Positions 18,348-29,551 of a stretch of DNA of 64,000 nucleotides are shown here, piece after piece. The stretch's first letter is position 1; every line of letters begins with the position of its first letter. The position numbers were made by a program, and so were the translations under genes. The DNA comes from an uncultured delta proteobacterium. GTDB lineage: Bacteria > Desulfobacterota > Desulfobacteria > Desulfobacterales > JAHEIW01. The stretch is from assembly GCA_963706575.1 (NCBI GenBank), contig CAVPNL010000004.1, positions 224,001 to 288,000 on the forward strand. Direction: 5' to 3'. The notes beneath the pieces are model-generated. The model was not told where the DNA came from, did no database searches, and saw nothing but the letters and a program-made list of their open reading frames with translations.

Positions 18348-19468
18348 TTTATGGGTTTAAAAGTCGCCTTCAAAAACCGGGGCCGATAGAGCCGGGCATC
18401 ACTTGCGGTTTTATTAAAATCCACTGAATTGGCAATATAGGTTATGATAAGCTGATCGGGGGCTTGCGAAAAAATTGCATGCGCCTTGGCGGCGTAACAA
18501 AAAATGGAATTATCCCATTCGGCTTCCGGACACTGATAAAGCCATATCGGATCGCTCCAGGGGCCCTGGGGTTCCGGGGACAGTCGCGCCATAATGTTTT
18601 TCGATAATCCATCCTGGGAATAAACAGCCGCGTATTGCTTTAGCACCGGAAGATAACTTACCGAATACTCATGGGGCATATTGGCGCTCAAGCGGCTGAC
18701 CTGCCTGAAATCCGACACCCAGTGACCGTCGGCATAAAAGCGCCACCGGGAATAGTCGGCCAGCCGGGAAACCGGTACCCGGGCTAAAATCATGTGTTTT
18801 TTCCGATCAGTGCTGCCGGCCTCTTCAGTCGTTCCATAAATATATAAATCATTGTCAATCTGTAAAACTGCCGATCCCCAGAGGATGCTTTCGGAGGCTG
18901 AAAATTTTGACCAGGGAATTCGAGATTGACGGACCCGCCAGGCGGACGGCAATTCCGCGGGATTTTCAACATGGCCCAGCCAGGTCCCGATAACCTTAAA
19001 GTCAAAAACGGCATTTCCTGCGGTTCGCTCGACCTGGATCAAAAAAAGGTACAGTCCCTTTGCAGTCAACACGCCGTCAAACACCCAAAACCACCCCCGG
19101 CCATCGGCCGGTCGTATAAAAGCAGCGGGGCTGCCGTCGCCTGCGCGACCGAAGTGGAAATCCATTTCAGCTTCGGCCGGGCTCCTGCCGTGTTGGATGG
19201 CCACTGAATTATTGACAAGGGTCGCATTCACGTGCTGCCCGTTTTTTAGCTGTCCGATCCACGTATCACCGAAAAACCAGGCAATTGTGTTTTGGTTTAA
19301 GGCAACCGAATAGGCCCCGTCTGCACCGGTCCAACCGTCTTGGTTGGAAAAAAGGGCATCATATTGCGGCAGCATTTCAACTGCGACATTCAGCCCCGGC
19401 TTCCCGCCCGCACAGCATAAAAGCGATACCGCTAAAAGAATGATAAACAGATAGTTTCGTAAGCGCAT
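18344..19468 (-). CDS. DUF4185/DUF5005-like exported beta-propeller protein (putative glycoside hydrolase), probable lipoprotein
   Basis: Signal peptide with Cys; GWTGADG, WFFGDT, PQGPWS, YAAKAH. Confidence 0.7.
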   Translation of the reverse strand: MRLRNYLFIILLAVSLLCCAGGKPGLNVAVEMLPQYDALFSNQDGWTGADGAYSVALNQNTIAWFFGDTWIGQLKNGQHVNATLVNNSVAIQHGRSPAEAEMDFHFGRAGDGSPAAFIRPADGRGWFWVFDGVLTAKGLYLFLIQVERTAGNAVFDFKVIGTWLGHVENPAELPSAWRVRQSRIPWSKFSASESILWGSAVLQIDNDLYIYGTTEEAGSTDRKKHMILARVPVSRLADYSRWRFYADGHWVSDFRQVSRLSANMPHEYSVSYLPVLKQYAAVYSQDGLSKNIMARLSPEPQGPWSDPIWLYQCPEAEWDNSIFCYAAKAHAIFSQAPDQLIITYIANSVDFNKTASDARLYRPRFLKATFKPIK

Positions 19469-19513
19469 TTATTTTTCTCTCAGGGATCGGGAAGTTTTTT
19501 CATTCCAAACGCA

Positions 19514-19538
19514 TCATTCCCGCGCAGGCGGGAATGAC
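19514..19538. repeat. TCATTCCCGCGCAGGCGGGAATGAC palindrome (REP-like)
   Basis: Perfect hairpin that supplies the last codons and stop of the CoA-transferase. Confidence 0.7.
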
Positions 19539-20986
19539 GGAAAAAAACGACCAGTCCTTACAATTAAACGAAAAATTTCACCCGCCAACTTGGTGCCGCC
19601 GTCATAAAGGATAACACCCTTTGGTGTTTTATCCAGGGAATAACCGGTGGGTTTGGTGAAGAGCTGATCTTCAAATACATAGCGCTGGAAATCGTCACTG
19701 AAACGCGGATGGGCGATACGGGCAATCGCCATGGCCTTTTCGCCGGTCGTCAGCCCCCGCAGGTCGGCAATACCGTATTCGGTGACAATCACAACACCGT
19801 CGAAGGCACTGGCGGTTAAACTGATACCGGGCGGATGCATTTTTGTAATTTTTGATTCCCCCCGATGGGTAATGCTTTTGATGGCGATAATCGGCGTGCC
19901 GTAAGCCTCGTCATTTAGCGCCCGAATAAAGTCCGGCTGACCGCCGACCCCACTATAATAGCGCCGGGGATCGATGAAATCCGCCCAGACATTTCCCAGC
20001 AGGTCGACCCCGATGGCCGTGTTAACCGAGATGAAGGGGCTGTTTTTGCGAATGGTTTCCGCCGAGTTGGTATAGGATGAAGGGCGCATTTGAACGCCGG
20101 CGCGCATATGCACAAAGTCATAGAGATCTCTGGAGCCCATGATCAGGCTGGTGGTGCTGTAGCCCAGATTGGCTTTCTTTTTGCGATTGGTAACAATGCC
20201 TTCTTGTTCCAGCAGCATCAACCCGTCACCGTAAAGCTCGGTTTGCACGCCGAGATCCTTATATTGGGCATTGCGGATGGTGCCGACAACCGCATCCGGG
20301 ATTTTGCCGATCCCCACCTGCAGGGTAACACCGTCTTTGATGAAATGGCGGGTGATCAGTTCGCCGATCCTTATTTCTTCAGGCGCCAGGTTTTCAAAGT
20401 CCGGGGCGCTGAAATCATAAACCGGCTTAACCCCCGCCTCGATGATACAGTCAATGGACTGGGCGTCCACCACGCTCTGGCCCTGGGTAAACGGCATCGA
20501 GGAGTCCAATTCGGCGATCACGATTTTCGCATGATCAATGGCAGTATGGAGGGCTTCAACCGATAGCCCCAGACTGAATTCACCCGTAAACTCATTTCGA
20601 GAGACCTTTAACAGAACCACATCGGGTTCATATTTGCGCCCTTTTCCGATTAAGCTGTCCAGATTGGCCAGGGTACAGGGAAGGTAAAATGCGCGCCCCT
20701 CATTGGCCGCCTTGCGAACCTCACCTCCTGAAAAAATCGAATAGGCCATCACCCGATCCTGCAGACCCGCTTCAACATAAGGTACCGGTCCCTGCAAAAG
20801 CAGGTGAACCATATGGATAAAAGGCAGTTTGGGTTTGCGGGACTTTATGGATTCGGTCAGGGCTTCAATCGAGGCCGTCGGGGTGGCGGCATTGGAACCC
20901 AGATAACACACGATTTCGTCTTTGCCTTTAAAGGTTTCGGCAATAATAGCTCCAATTTGATCCAGTGTAATTTTTCGGGGCAGCAT
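19514..20986 (-). CDS. Acetyl-CoA hydrolase / 4-hydroxybutyrate CoA-transferase family protein
   Basis: TLQVGIGKIPDAV, TEL, SGVGGQPDF, VTEYGIADLRG, IAHPRF. Confidence 0.9.
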   Translation of the reverse strand: MLPRKITLDQIGAIIAETFKGKDEIVCYLGSNAATPTASIEALTESIKSRKPKLPFIHMVHLLLQGPVPYVEAGLQDRVMAYSIFSGGEVRKAANEGRAFYLPCTLANLDSLIGKGRKYEPDVVLLKVSRNEFTGEFSLGLSVEALHTAIDHAKIVIAELDSSMPFTQGQSVVDAQSIDCIIEAGVKPVYDFSAPDFENLAPEEIRIGELITRHFIKDGVTLQVGIGKIPDAVVGTIRNAQYKDLGVQTELYGDGLMLLEQEGIVTNRKKKANLGYSTTSLIMGSRDLYDFVHMRAGVQMRPSSYTNSAETIRKNSPFISVNTAIGVDLLGNVWADFIDPRRYYSGVGGQPDFIRALNDEAYGTPIIAIKSITHRGESKITKMHPPGISLTASAFDGVVIVTEYGIADLRGLTTGEKAMAIARIAHPRFSDDFQRYVFEDQLFTKPTGYSLDKTPKGVILYDGGTKLAGEIFRLIVRTGRFFPSFPPARE

Positions 20987-21171
20987 TTTAATACCTCATA
21001 AAATTTGAAAAAAGACCGTCTCTGCAGACGATGATGGCCCTTTGTAAGGACAAACCGCCCATAAACGACATTCGCTTGAACAGCCATAAAAAGTATAGGG
21101 TGAAAAAGTTCTCTTTACAAGCAATCATCTCAAACGACCTTAATGAATATTATGTTTCTTTAACACTCTAA

Positions 21172-21549
21172 TTGATCGTAAAGATAATGAAAATTCAGAT
21201 GATTTCAAAATGGAGGGGATATAATGCGGCTGCCTGGAGCGCAGAGCTCCGGCAGGAAGGCAAACCTTCCTTGAAAATCGGTGCAGCCGTTGCCAGCGGC
21301 CGGATTATTTTTGGTGTGGTCGGTGATGAATTCCGCATGGAATATACCGTCATCGGGGACGCCGTAAACCTGTCCGCCAAGCTTGAAAAACATACCAAAT
21401 CAGAAGGCGTCCGGGCAATTTGCACCGCATCGGCCTTCAAGATGGCTGTCCGTCAGGGCTATCAGTCAGCGCCGACTATAGAGCACCGCAAATCGCGCAA
21501 CATCGAAGGTGTCGCCCGCCCGGTGGATATCATTGTATTAGCCCCTTAA
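21172..21549 (+). pseudogene. C-terminal fragment of a class III adenylate/guanylate cyclase
   Basis: LKIGAAVASG..VG...EYTVIGDAVNLSAKLE present; N-terminal FxDI and GD motifs absent. Confidence 0.75.
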
Positions 21550-21562
21550 AGTTGTTATAAAA

Positions 21563-21670
21563 CAAGTGACTAAAGTTAAGGAATCGCTTTGCTCCATCTT
21601 TTCAAATAAAAATGATAGAATTCCACAACTTTAGGCATTTTAGATCACTTTAGTCACTTTAGCTCACTTG
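21563..21670. repeat. Inverted tandem-repeat element, copy 2
   Basis: gactaaagttaagg..gctccatctttt..gatagaattcc..tttaggcattttagatca; homologous to 4543-4690. Confidence 0.8.
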
Positions 21671-21793
21671 CCTTTTAGAGCCTTAGGAATATGCATGGCA
21701 GGCACCCTATAAGCAGGTGATAAGTTTATGGAACCACCACTATAAATCTATATAAATGGCCAGATTGCAACTGCCTAAAACAACAGCTTTTTC

Positions 21794-21822
21794 TTGACGC
21801 GCCAGTCAAAAAATAATACCAT
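21794..21822 (+). promoter_or_regulatory. Sigma70-like promoter of the pilin cluster, overlapped by a TTGAC-N6-GTCAA palindrome
   Basis: TTGACG-17 bp-TACCAT. Confidence 0.55.
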
Positions 21823-21913
21823 CTAGAGTGGTTTCCCGGCATAACCATGGCCAGGAATCTGCTTAACCATTCGTAAAGAACCCCGAAGCCAGGTCTTTTT
21901 AAAGGGAATTTGG

Positions 21914-22405
21914 ATGCAACGCAAGCAACAGGGCTTTACATTGATTGAAATCACTGCCGTTCTGGTGTTAATGGCCATCATCTCCGCCTATGTCATCGGG
22001 CGATCGGTGAATACCGAACAGATTGATCTCGCCGCTCAAACCGACAGGATCCGAAACCAGATCCGGTATACGCAGGCAGCGGCCATGAAACAGTACGATA
22101 AGACGTTACAGGTCTGGGGATTAAAATGTAACGCAGACCCCAATCAATACTGGCTTTTTGAGGGCCAGAATCCGAATGACGTTTTAAGGCAGAGAAAATT
22201 TCCGGGAGAGCAAAATTTAAAAATCTCTTTGGCTGGCCGGGGCGTCGACAATATGACCGCCTTTACGCTTCTCTTCGATCGATTCGGAAGGCCCTATCAG
22301 GATTCACTCAGTACACCCCTGAACAGTCCATTACCGATAACCGTCTCAGCTGCCGGTCAGACACGAACCCTCCAGGTAAGCCCGGAAACCGGGTTGGTGC
22401 AATGA
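21914..22405 (+). CDS. Minor pilin/pseudopilin (FimT/GspH-like)
   Basis: QG|FTLIE class III signal; FDRFGRP, VSPETGLV. Confidence 0.85.
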   Translation: MQRKQQGFTLIEITAVLVLMAIISAYVIGRSVNTEQIDLAAQTDRIRNQIRYTQAAAMKQYDKTLQVWGLKCNADPNQYWLFEGQNPNDVLRQRKFPGEQNLKISLAGRGVDNMTAFTLLFDRFGRPYQDSLSTPLNSPLPITVSAAGQTRTLQVSPETGLVQ

Positions 22406-22878
22406 CGTATTTAAAATCTATGAAAATCGACTCAAAGGGCTTTACGCTTGTAGAAATTATCGTCACTATTGTGGTGGCCGGTATCCTGGGCGCTATTTTT
22501 GTGCATCTGATGGGCACTGCTCTGAATGCCAGCTGGAATTCGGTGGAAATTGTGCGCGATGAAGCTGGCGGTGAAGGCGTAATGGAAGAGATCATCGCGG
22601 ATTACGTTGATGAAATGAACAGTGATCCGGATAATGCATTAGACACACTTGTAACAAATAATAGTAATCCACTTAAGAAATACGGTGAAAATGTGACGAT
22701 GCAGTATATCGTGTTCGATGGAGCTGGAAATGAGGTCGCTGCGGGATCGAGCGACAACTTAAAAGTTATAATGAAGTCACCGGGTTCAATTTCACCGGCA
22801 ATAGCGGGGCGTTATCCGCTGACGACCATTTTGACAAAAAGCAGAACGACAAATAATGACCAGATCGTTATTTATTAA
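22402..22878 (+). CDS. Minor pilin/pseudopilin
   Basis: KG|FTLVE class III signal. Confidence 0.85.
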   Translation: MTYLKSMKIDSKGFTLVEIIVTIVVAGILGAIFVHLMGTALNASWNSVEIVRDEAGGEGVMEEIIADYVDEMNSDPDNALDTLVTNNSNPLKKYGENVTMQYIVFDGAGNEVAAGSSDNLKVIMKSPGSISPAIAGRYPLTTILTKSRTTNNDQIVIY

Positions 22879-23380
22879 AATACGGCCAACAATCCGGCCG
22901 CAAAAAGGGTTCACCCTGGTGGAGCTGATCGTCACACTTGTGCTGGTGGGGATCATCGGCACTTTTACCACCCTTTTCATGTACACCGGTCTCAACGGCT
23001 ACCTGCGAGCCAAGGATACATCCGAGGGCGCACTGAAGGCTCAAATCGCGCTTGATCGCATCAGCCTGGAATTGAGAGATATCAATAATATCTCTGCTTT
23101 AAACCCGGATACGAATATTGACTATACCAGCGAAACATTACCCGGTAACCGTAAAATAATCTTAAACGGCAATAAAATTGACCTTGATGTCGATGGCAAT
23201 GCGAATACGTTGTTGGATTCAGTTGTCAGCTTCGATCTGGAGCCAACTTATACGGATTTAAACCATTACGCCGACGGTGACCTGGAAGTCGGATCAATCG
23301 AGATCAGTTTTACCGTTGGAGAAATCCAAAGGCCTTTCAGCGTCCGGATATTTCCGAGAAATATGGTCGCCAAACCCTGA
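22856..23380 (+). CDS. Minor pilin/pseudopilin (PilW/GspJ-like)
   Basis: KG|FTLVE; ALDRISLELR; C-terminal PRN. Confidence 0.85.
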   Translation: MTRSLFIKIRPTIRPQKGFTLVELIVTLVLVGIIGTFTTLFMYTGLNGYLRAKDTSEGALKAQIALDRISLELRDINNISALNPDTNIDYTSETLPGNRKIILNGNKIDLDVDGNANTLLDSVVSFDLEPTYTDLNHYADGDLEVGSIEISFTVGEIQRPFSVRIFPRNMVAKP

Positions 23381-23461
23381 AACTGTTTTTTTTACTCCGG
23401 CTGTTTTTTACCTTGAAAAAACAAAACAATGCAGCCCTGATAATAAAGACCATTATTAATA

Positions 23462-26400
23462 ATGCGATTTCAAAAACCATCTGATCGATTTTTTAAGCGT
23501 TTGCATAGTAGACGGCCATTAAATCCGGCCGGCAATGTGCTGATTTATGTTGTGGTTTTGATGCTCATCTTCGGTGTTCTGGGCGTCGTCATGGTCTCGC
23601 TGTTCACATCTACCACTGCCAGCACGGTCACCCGCAATGATTCCCGCCGGGCGCGCTACATGGCCGAATCCGGCATGCGCTATGCCTTCAGCGAGATGCG
23701 CAAGGCCGATTTTGATCTGAATCATATGATCAACACCCTCAATACTATCACCTATAAGATCGGCGCCACGGAAAGTTTCAGCATCAATGTATTCAGCCCG
23801 TGGATGGATTCCAACAGAACCCAGTCTTCGCCATCTGATGGGCCCCTGACACTCCTTGTCCCGATAGGCGAAATTCCGACCGGCTATATCATTCCGCCAA
23901 ACAACATCTATGCAATCAACTATGAATTCACAGGAACTACACCGACAGAACCCGGCGGCGTGGCTGAAATTTCAAGTGTTGCCGGCCAAACGTTGACAAC
24001 GCTGGATCTAAATTTAAGCCAGGTCTTTAATGCCGGTGAAGACGAGCGGATTTGCTTCGCGGTTAAGCCCACGGTAGACCGGGTTGTTACCGATGGTGGG
24101 GACTTATATATCGCACCGGAAGCAGAAGGAGTTTTTCCCCAGGTATGGAGGTGCATTCAGCATCGGGCGAAATGAATATTTTTACGAAGAACTAATCGAC
24201 GATCCGGACAATAACAGGGTCATTCTCACGAAATTTATCGAAAAGACCGGATGCCGTTTGGGGAATAACAGCGACCACATCCGATTATGTTATTTTATCC
24301 CCCCGCAATTACCTCGTGGTGCCCACCGGCACATCTGACGGCACCGTTTACGGCGGTGATTATCTTTTCGGAAAAGGCATTTATGATGCCTCTTTGATCC
24401 GGCCCGGTTCCCGCAAACCGGATATTACGGCTGAAGATTTGGTTTCCAATTTGAGCGAGCAGGAAACCGATACCCGGTTTTTCGAAACAAACCTGGTTGA
24501 CTATGAGCTTGAAATCGGCGGCGGGACCAGCGATGAATTCGGATCCGCATTTTTCGATGCCAACATGTCCGTCGGCGGCGACCAGAACTATTGCGCCCAG
24601 GGTGCCTGCCTGTTTAATTTAGGAATTCGGGCATTTTTTCTGCTCGATTTCAGCCAACAGGGCGACGGCATAACATTTACTTTGCTCAGCAAGGGTTTCG
24701 GTGGGCTCGGCCCCCCCAACAACAGCGCTTCTTCGGCGGGCGGTGATTTCGAGCTGAGCGAGCTGATGGGTTATGCCGGAGACAGCCGACTGGATGCCGC
24801 CGGCACCACATTTTTAGCCTCTGATCCGGACGATCAGGGTCTGGATCCGCCTAAAATCGCTGTTGAATTCGACACCCGAACGAACAACAAGGTGGGTGAC
24901 CCCCCACCGGATTATTGCGTCGATGCCAGCAACGCCAACAGCGATACTCGAAACGATCCGCTTATCGGCAATAAAGATGCTGTGCAGTATGTATTCTGGG
25001 GACGAACCAGCTTCTTAAACATTCCTTGCCGGGACAACAACATCTTATATGACGACAACCGCCATGACGCCGATGGTGAAGAACCAACGGAAGAGTGGCG
25101 CTTTGAGGGCGCAAGCGCCTCATATTCGGTGTGGCGCCCGGCCATAGGTCCGGACGGCACGATCTACGTGTCGGCATTAGATGCCACCCTTTATGCGCTG
25201 AATAAAGACGGATCTCAAAAATGGACTTTTAACCTGACGGATGATAACGAGTACATGCCGGGGGTGGATCCCGTAACAGGAACCGTCTATTCAGACATTT
25301 TTGGCAGCTCTCTTGTTGCCATAAACCCGGATGGTACGGAAAAATGGCGGTTTCTCATTGTACCCAGTTCAGACGTGGGTTCTACACCCACCGTTGGGCC
25401 TGACGGGGTCATCTATTTCGGAACAGACAATTCACAGGAACTTATTGCGCTTAATCCAAACGGCACGGCAAAGTGGCGGTTTCCCACTATAGGAGCGGTG
25501 GACAATGTCCCGGCGCTAAACTCAGATGCCTCGGTGGTTTATTTTGTGGCCACGGACCCGGACACGTTAAACAATGATGCGATGTTATATGCGCTTAACA
25601 CCGCTGATGGATCTTTTCGGTGGCGCTACCCCCTTGTTGCAGAGAACAATGAACTCACCTCGTCTCCCACCGTCGATACCAAGGGCACAGCCAATCCAAA
25701 TGATGATGTCATCTATGTGGGAGATGATGACGACTATGTTTATGCTTTCAAGCCCGCCGTGCGCCTCACTGATCCCAATGCTGCGGCACCCTTACCACTC
25801 GGACCGGGCGAATGGCGGTTTCGCACCAACGGCGAAATTGAATCCTCGGCGGCTGTGGATCCGGACGATGGCACCATTTACATCGGATCGGATGACGGCA
25901 ACGTGTGGGCAATTAATCCCAATGGTACCGAAAAGTGGCGCTATGACACAGGCGCTGAAGTTGAATCATCACCGCTTGTCGATCTCGATGGAACCATTTA
26001 TGTTGGATCTACCAATGGTAGATTTTTCGCGCTCAATCCGAATGGTAATCTAAAATGGGCTTTCCCAATACCGCCGTTGGGGCCGGTGGGTTCAATACCG
26101 GGTTCTCCAGCTCTGGGATCGGACGGCTTTATCCATTTTGGTTCGAATGATTCGAACTTTTATACCATCAGCCAGTTTGCAGATCCCAGGAACTTTAAAG
26201 ATGAAGATAAAAGTGCCGGCAAGCTAATAACATTTGAAGATCTGGATTCAAGCGTATCTGTGGACAGCAACAACGATTGGCTAAACGGTGCCGGCGCAAA
26301 AGGCTCCTGGGCCGTCCGGCTGGAAGTGGACCGGTCCCTTGTTCCCAATGCGGACGGGGAGTTTGACTACGAGCTGCGTCTATGGATGAGACAGTGCCCT

Positions 26401-26676
26401 GATCAGAATGATTTCCCGTGCAGCAATATCCTGGGAACCTTCTATCAGGACACTCGCATCGCATATGATTATACCGCTGTTCAAGACCTGCCCATGCGCC
26501 AGCGCTTTCGCCTCAGTGGTGTCGAACAGGACGCTTTTGAGCGCTTCTTTTTCGGCTTTACCGGCGCAGCCGGAGCAGAAGCGTTGGAGGCCACCATCAG
26601 TCAATTCCAGTTGAGTTTTATCCGCCCCGGCGATCCGGTGGTCGATTGCGAGAACGATGCTGCCAGATGGCCTTGA
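23462..26676 (+). CDS. Large PilX-like pilus adhesin (L-type lectin-like domain with inserted PQQ-type beta-propeller), split by two +1 indels
   Basis: G|NVLIY and ARYMAESG at the N-terminus; removing one C (24137-24140) and one A (24231-24233) joins three ORFs; DGITF, AVEFDT, FGFTGAAG; repeated SSP..DGTIYVGS..NPDGTEKW. Confidence 0.75.
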
Positions 26677-26755
26677 GAAGATTCACCTCCGTTGCCGGGT
26701 TGTACACCGGGGCTTTAATTTATTCTGTGAAATAACTGCTCCACTACAAAGATAA

Positions 26756-26789
26756 TAAAGCCCGCTGAAATATCAGCGGGCTTTTTTTG
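26756..26789. terminator. Bidirectional intrinsic terminator
   Basis: AAAGCCCGCTGA-aata-TCAGCGGGCTTTTTTT between convergent genes. Confidence 0.85.
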
Positions 26790-26812
26790 CTTGCAACAAT
26801 TTCAATCTGCCA

Positions 26813-28270
26813 TCAACCGGGATCCGATTTGTGCGGCTTATCTGATTTGGCAAAATGGGTTTTGAAGTATTGCTTAAATGCCATGATCGCATACTGGGTG
26901 GCACGGATACCGATGTATTTCTCGTGGGCCACGAGCACCGATAGGATGAGTTTGCCATCCCCTGCTTTATCCTGCGCGTAGCCGACAAACCAGTCATATT
27001 TGACATCGTCGGTCTTATTGTTGATGGTGCCGGTTTTCCCGCCGATCTCTAAACGGGAGATTATTTTATCCCGGCGATACCTGCGAACCGCGCCTCTCAC
27101 CGTGCCGGATCGGGTGGTGGCTGTCATCAGTTCATGCAGCGCATTCGATGTATCCGGCGCAACGGCCTGATTGATGGTGGTGGGTTGGCTGCGATACAGC
27201 TCGAGCCCGTTTTCGCCAACGATCCGATCAACGATGGTGGGCTCGATGAGTTTGCCGCCGTTGAATATCGTTGCTGCGATTAAAGCGCCGTGAACCGGCG
27301 ACATCTTTGTCTGCCGGTTAAATCCGCTGGCGATCTCCGCCCACTGGTAGGGCTCATCGGTAATGACGGTCTCACTGGGGGATAAAGCGATTTCAAAATT
27401 AATCGGGTGGTTAAATCCAAATGCCCGGGCATAGGATTCCAATTCGTCCTTTCCCAGATGCAGCGCCCCGAGTTTGCCGAATACAGGGTTTACCGATTTG
27501 GCAAAGGCATTTTTCAAGGATATTTTGTTGGTATATTTGTTTGATTTTTCTTTGAGTTGCGATCGGTAAAGCGTGTGTCTGCGGCCGTTAAATTTTAGCT
27601 CTGAGTCCAGACGGAGGTTGCATTTTTCAATGGCCGCCGCTGCGGTGATGATTTTAAAGATGCTGGCAGCCGGAAAGGCGCTTTCAGTGCACGGATTTTT
27701 CGAAGGATCGGTTTTGTCATAGCCCACCATGGTCAGAATACGGCCATCTTCCGGGTCCATGGCAACAATGGCAATCTGGCTTGAATTTTTTCGGTCTAAT
27801 TTTTTGATCAGATAGTTTTGCAGGGATGGATCAATACTGGTTTGCACCAGCAGGCGTTTGCCGTTTGCCTGAACCTCAAAGGAATTGTCCAGTAAATTTG
27901 TAATCTGTCGGCTATCGATAAGATGCTGGATGTCATCTTTGTTAAAGGACATCGATGCCTCAGTCTTAGGGGAAGGTGTTTGGCGGTCGACGACTTGAGG
28001 CGTCTCTTTGGGGTTGTCGGGAAACGATCCGAAAGATCCGCTAATGGAGAGATAAACCATAACAGAGACGGCGATTAAAGGCAGAATAAATTTTAAATAC
28101 CTCCGGATAAATTGTTTCTGAGCGGTATTTCTTTGCGCCCGCTGCAGCCGGCCCTGATATGCCCGCCAGCTTGAACCGGGCATCGTTGTGATCCGAGATT
28201 TGGGTTTTAAAAACATGTTTCCGATCCAGTAGCCATTACCATTAGGTGACATCCCTGTTTTTCGTGGCAT
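26813..28270 (-). CDS. Penicillin-binding protein, transpeptidase domain (start uncertain)
   Basis: SIFK, SVN and KTG motifs; single N-terminal TM segment. Confidence 0.9.
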   Translation of the reverse strand: MPRKTGMSPNGNGYWIGNMFLKPKSRITTMPGSSWRAYQGRLQRAQRNTAQKQFIRRYLKFILPLIAVSVMVYLSISGSFGSFPDNPKETPQVVDRQTPSPKTEASMSFNKDDIQHLIDSRQITNLLDNSFEVQANGKRLLVQTSIDPSLQNYLIKKLDRKNSSQIAIVAMDPEDGRILTMVGYDKTDPSKNPCTESAFPAASIFKIITAAAAIEKCNLRLDSELKFNGRRHTLYRSQLKEKSNKYTNKISLKNAFAKSVNPVFGKLGALHLGKDELESYARAFGFNHPINFEIALSPSETVITDEPYQWAEIASGFNRQTKMSPVHGALIAATIFNGGKLIEPTIVDRIVGENGLELYRSQPTTINQAVAPDTSNALHELMTATTRSGTVRGAVRRYRRDKIISRLEIGGKTGTINNKTDDVKYDWFVGYAQDKAGDGKLILSVLVAHEKYIGIRATQYAIMAFKQYFKTHFAKSDKPHKSDPG

Positions 28271-28383
28271 ATCTGGATATTATCATAAATATATATACAA
28301 AAAAAGCTGTAATTTCGTGGGTATACTTTATCGTTGGGATGGTTTAAAGACGTTGCCAGGTCTGAGAAAGCACGTTTTGGCTT

Positions 28384-28749
28384 GAACTTATCTCAATAAT
28401 GTGGATCCGGGCTCATGACCCCGCGAAAGCGGGATTATAAGTCCAATCTTAAAAAATTATTGTATGCATCAAGGCGCGGGGCGGCGAAAAAGCGGAGCAA
28501 CAAAATCGTGGCTGGAAGCCACTCCCACTTTTATTTATTATCACAATGTCCTCTGTTTCATGCCTTTAAGGCAATTGTGGGAGCGGCATCTTGCCGCGAT
28601 CAATGAGTCCCGCCAGCGGCGGGAAGCCGAGTCGATCAACGCTTTGATGTTCATAAAAAAAGATTGAAATCCCGCCTTGGCGGGGCAATCCCGCCGCAGG
28701 CAGAACCAATGGGTGCTTAGTCTGCTGGAGGCGGCTTGAGATGAGTTTC
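28384..28749. mobile_element. Degenerate MITE (54393-type, reverse orientation) with a nested REP doublet
   Basis: GAACTTATCTCAATAATGTGGAT...TTGAGATGAGTTTC aligns to the reverse complement of 54393-54647. Confidence 0.8.
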
Positions 28750-29274
28750 AAATAGAGTGCTTGAGTTATACGGGAGATAACCGGAAAGATGGGTTCGCTG
28801 AATTGTCTGCCAAAATGAATTTGAAAAACGTTAAAATCTGTAAAGGTACGTTTTATTATTTTAAAATCGCACGAAAGATTAAAAGAAGATCATCTTTGTT
28901 GCAGAAATTATCATTACCCAGAGCACGAGCGAGATGGGTAAGCCGAAAATCATTCCTCTAAAGAGCGTATGCATCGCTCATATCCTTTGAGAATTCAAAC
29001 GCTTTTTCAGTCGTCCTTTTCAGGTTTACCGGTCAGAAGCATATATAAAAAAAATGCCAGACCGAAACCAATTAAACCAAAGCCGATAAAAACCATATTG
29101 TCCAAAACTCTACCTCCTGCATAAATTCAAACCGGCACCGCCAACATTAAGAGCCTTGACCGGCTGAGGGAACTCAGCCAGTCCGGACACCCGGGGGCCC
29201 GGCAGTTACCCACAAGGCAAACCGGTATTTTAGAATGAACTCCGGCCAATAAATGCAGCGCATTTATGCGCGAA

Positions 29275-29445
29275 TCATCCATTCGACACATCCAGGGAAT
29301 CCCTGGATTTGTATTTTTTAAGTAAATCCTGGATGGCCTCTTCAAGGAGATCATTCTGCCGCTTATCCAGCCGCGCAGCGAGCACTTTAATTTCTCTGAT
29401 GAGTTCGGCATCCAGGGTGGTATTATACATTTTTCTTAAACCCAT
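29275..29445 (-). CDS. 56-aa ribbon-helix-helix DNA-binding protein (absent from the ORF track)
   Basis: Manual translation MGLRKMYNTTLDAELIREIKVLAARLDKRQNDLLEEAIQDLLKKY...; RBS gagg. Confidence 0.8.
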   Translation of the reverse strand: MGLRKMYNTTLDAELIREIKVLAARLDKRQNDLLEEAIQDLLKKYKSRDSLDVSNG

Positions 29446-29551
29446 AATATTCCTCTTATAGAAATATCGGTAACTATACGGGGAACTTTAGAAAAAAAAT
29501 GGGCAGCTCAATAAATGAGCTGCCCACCAGGGAAGAAAGGAAAAAAAATTA

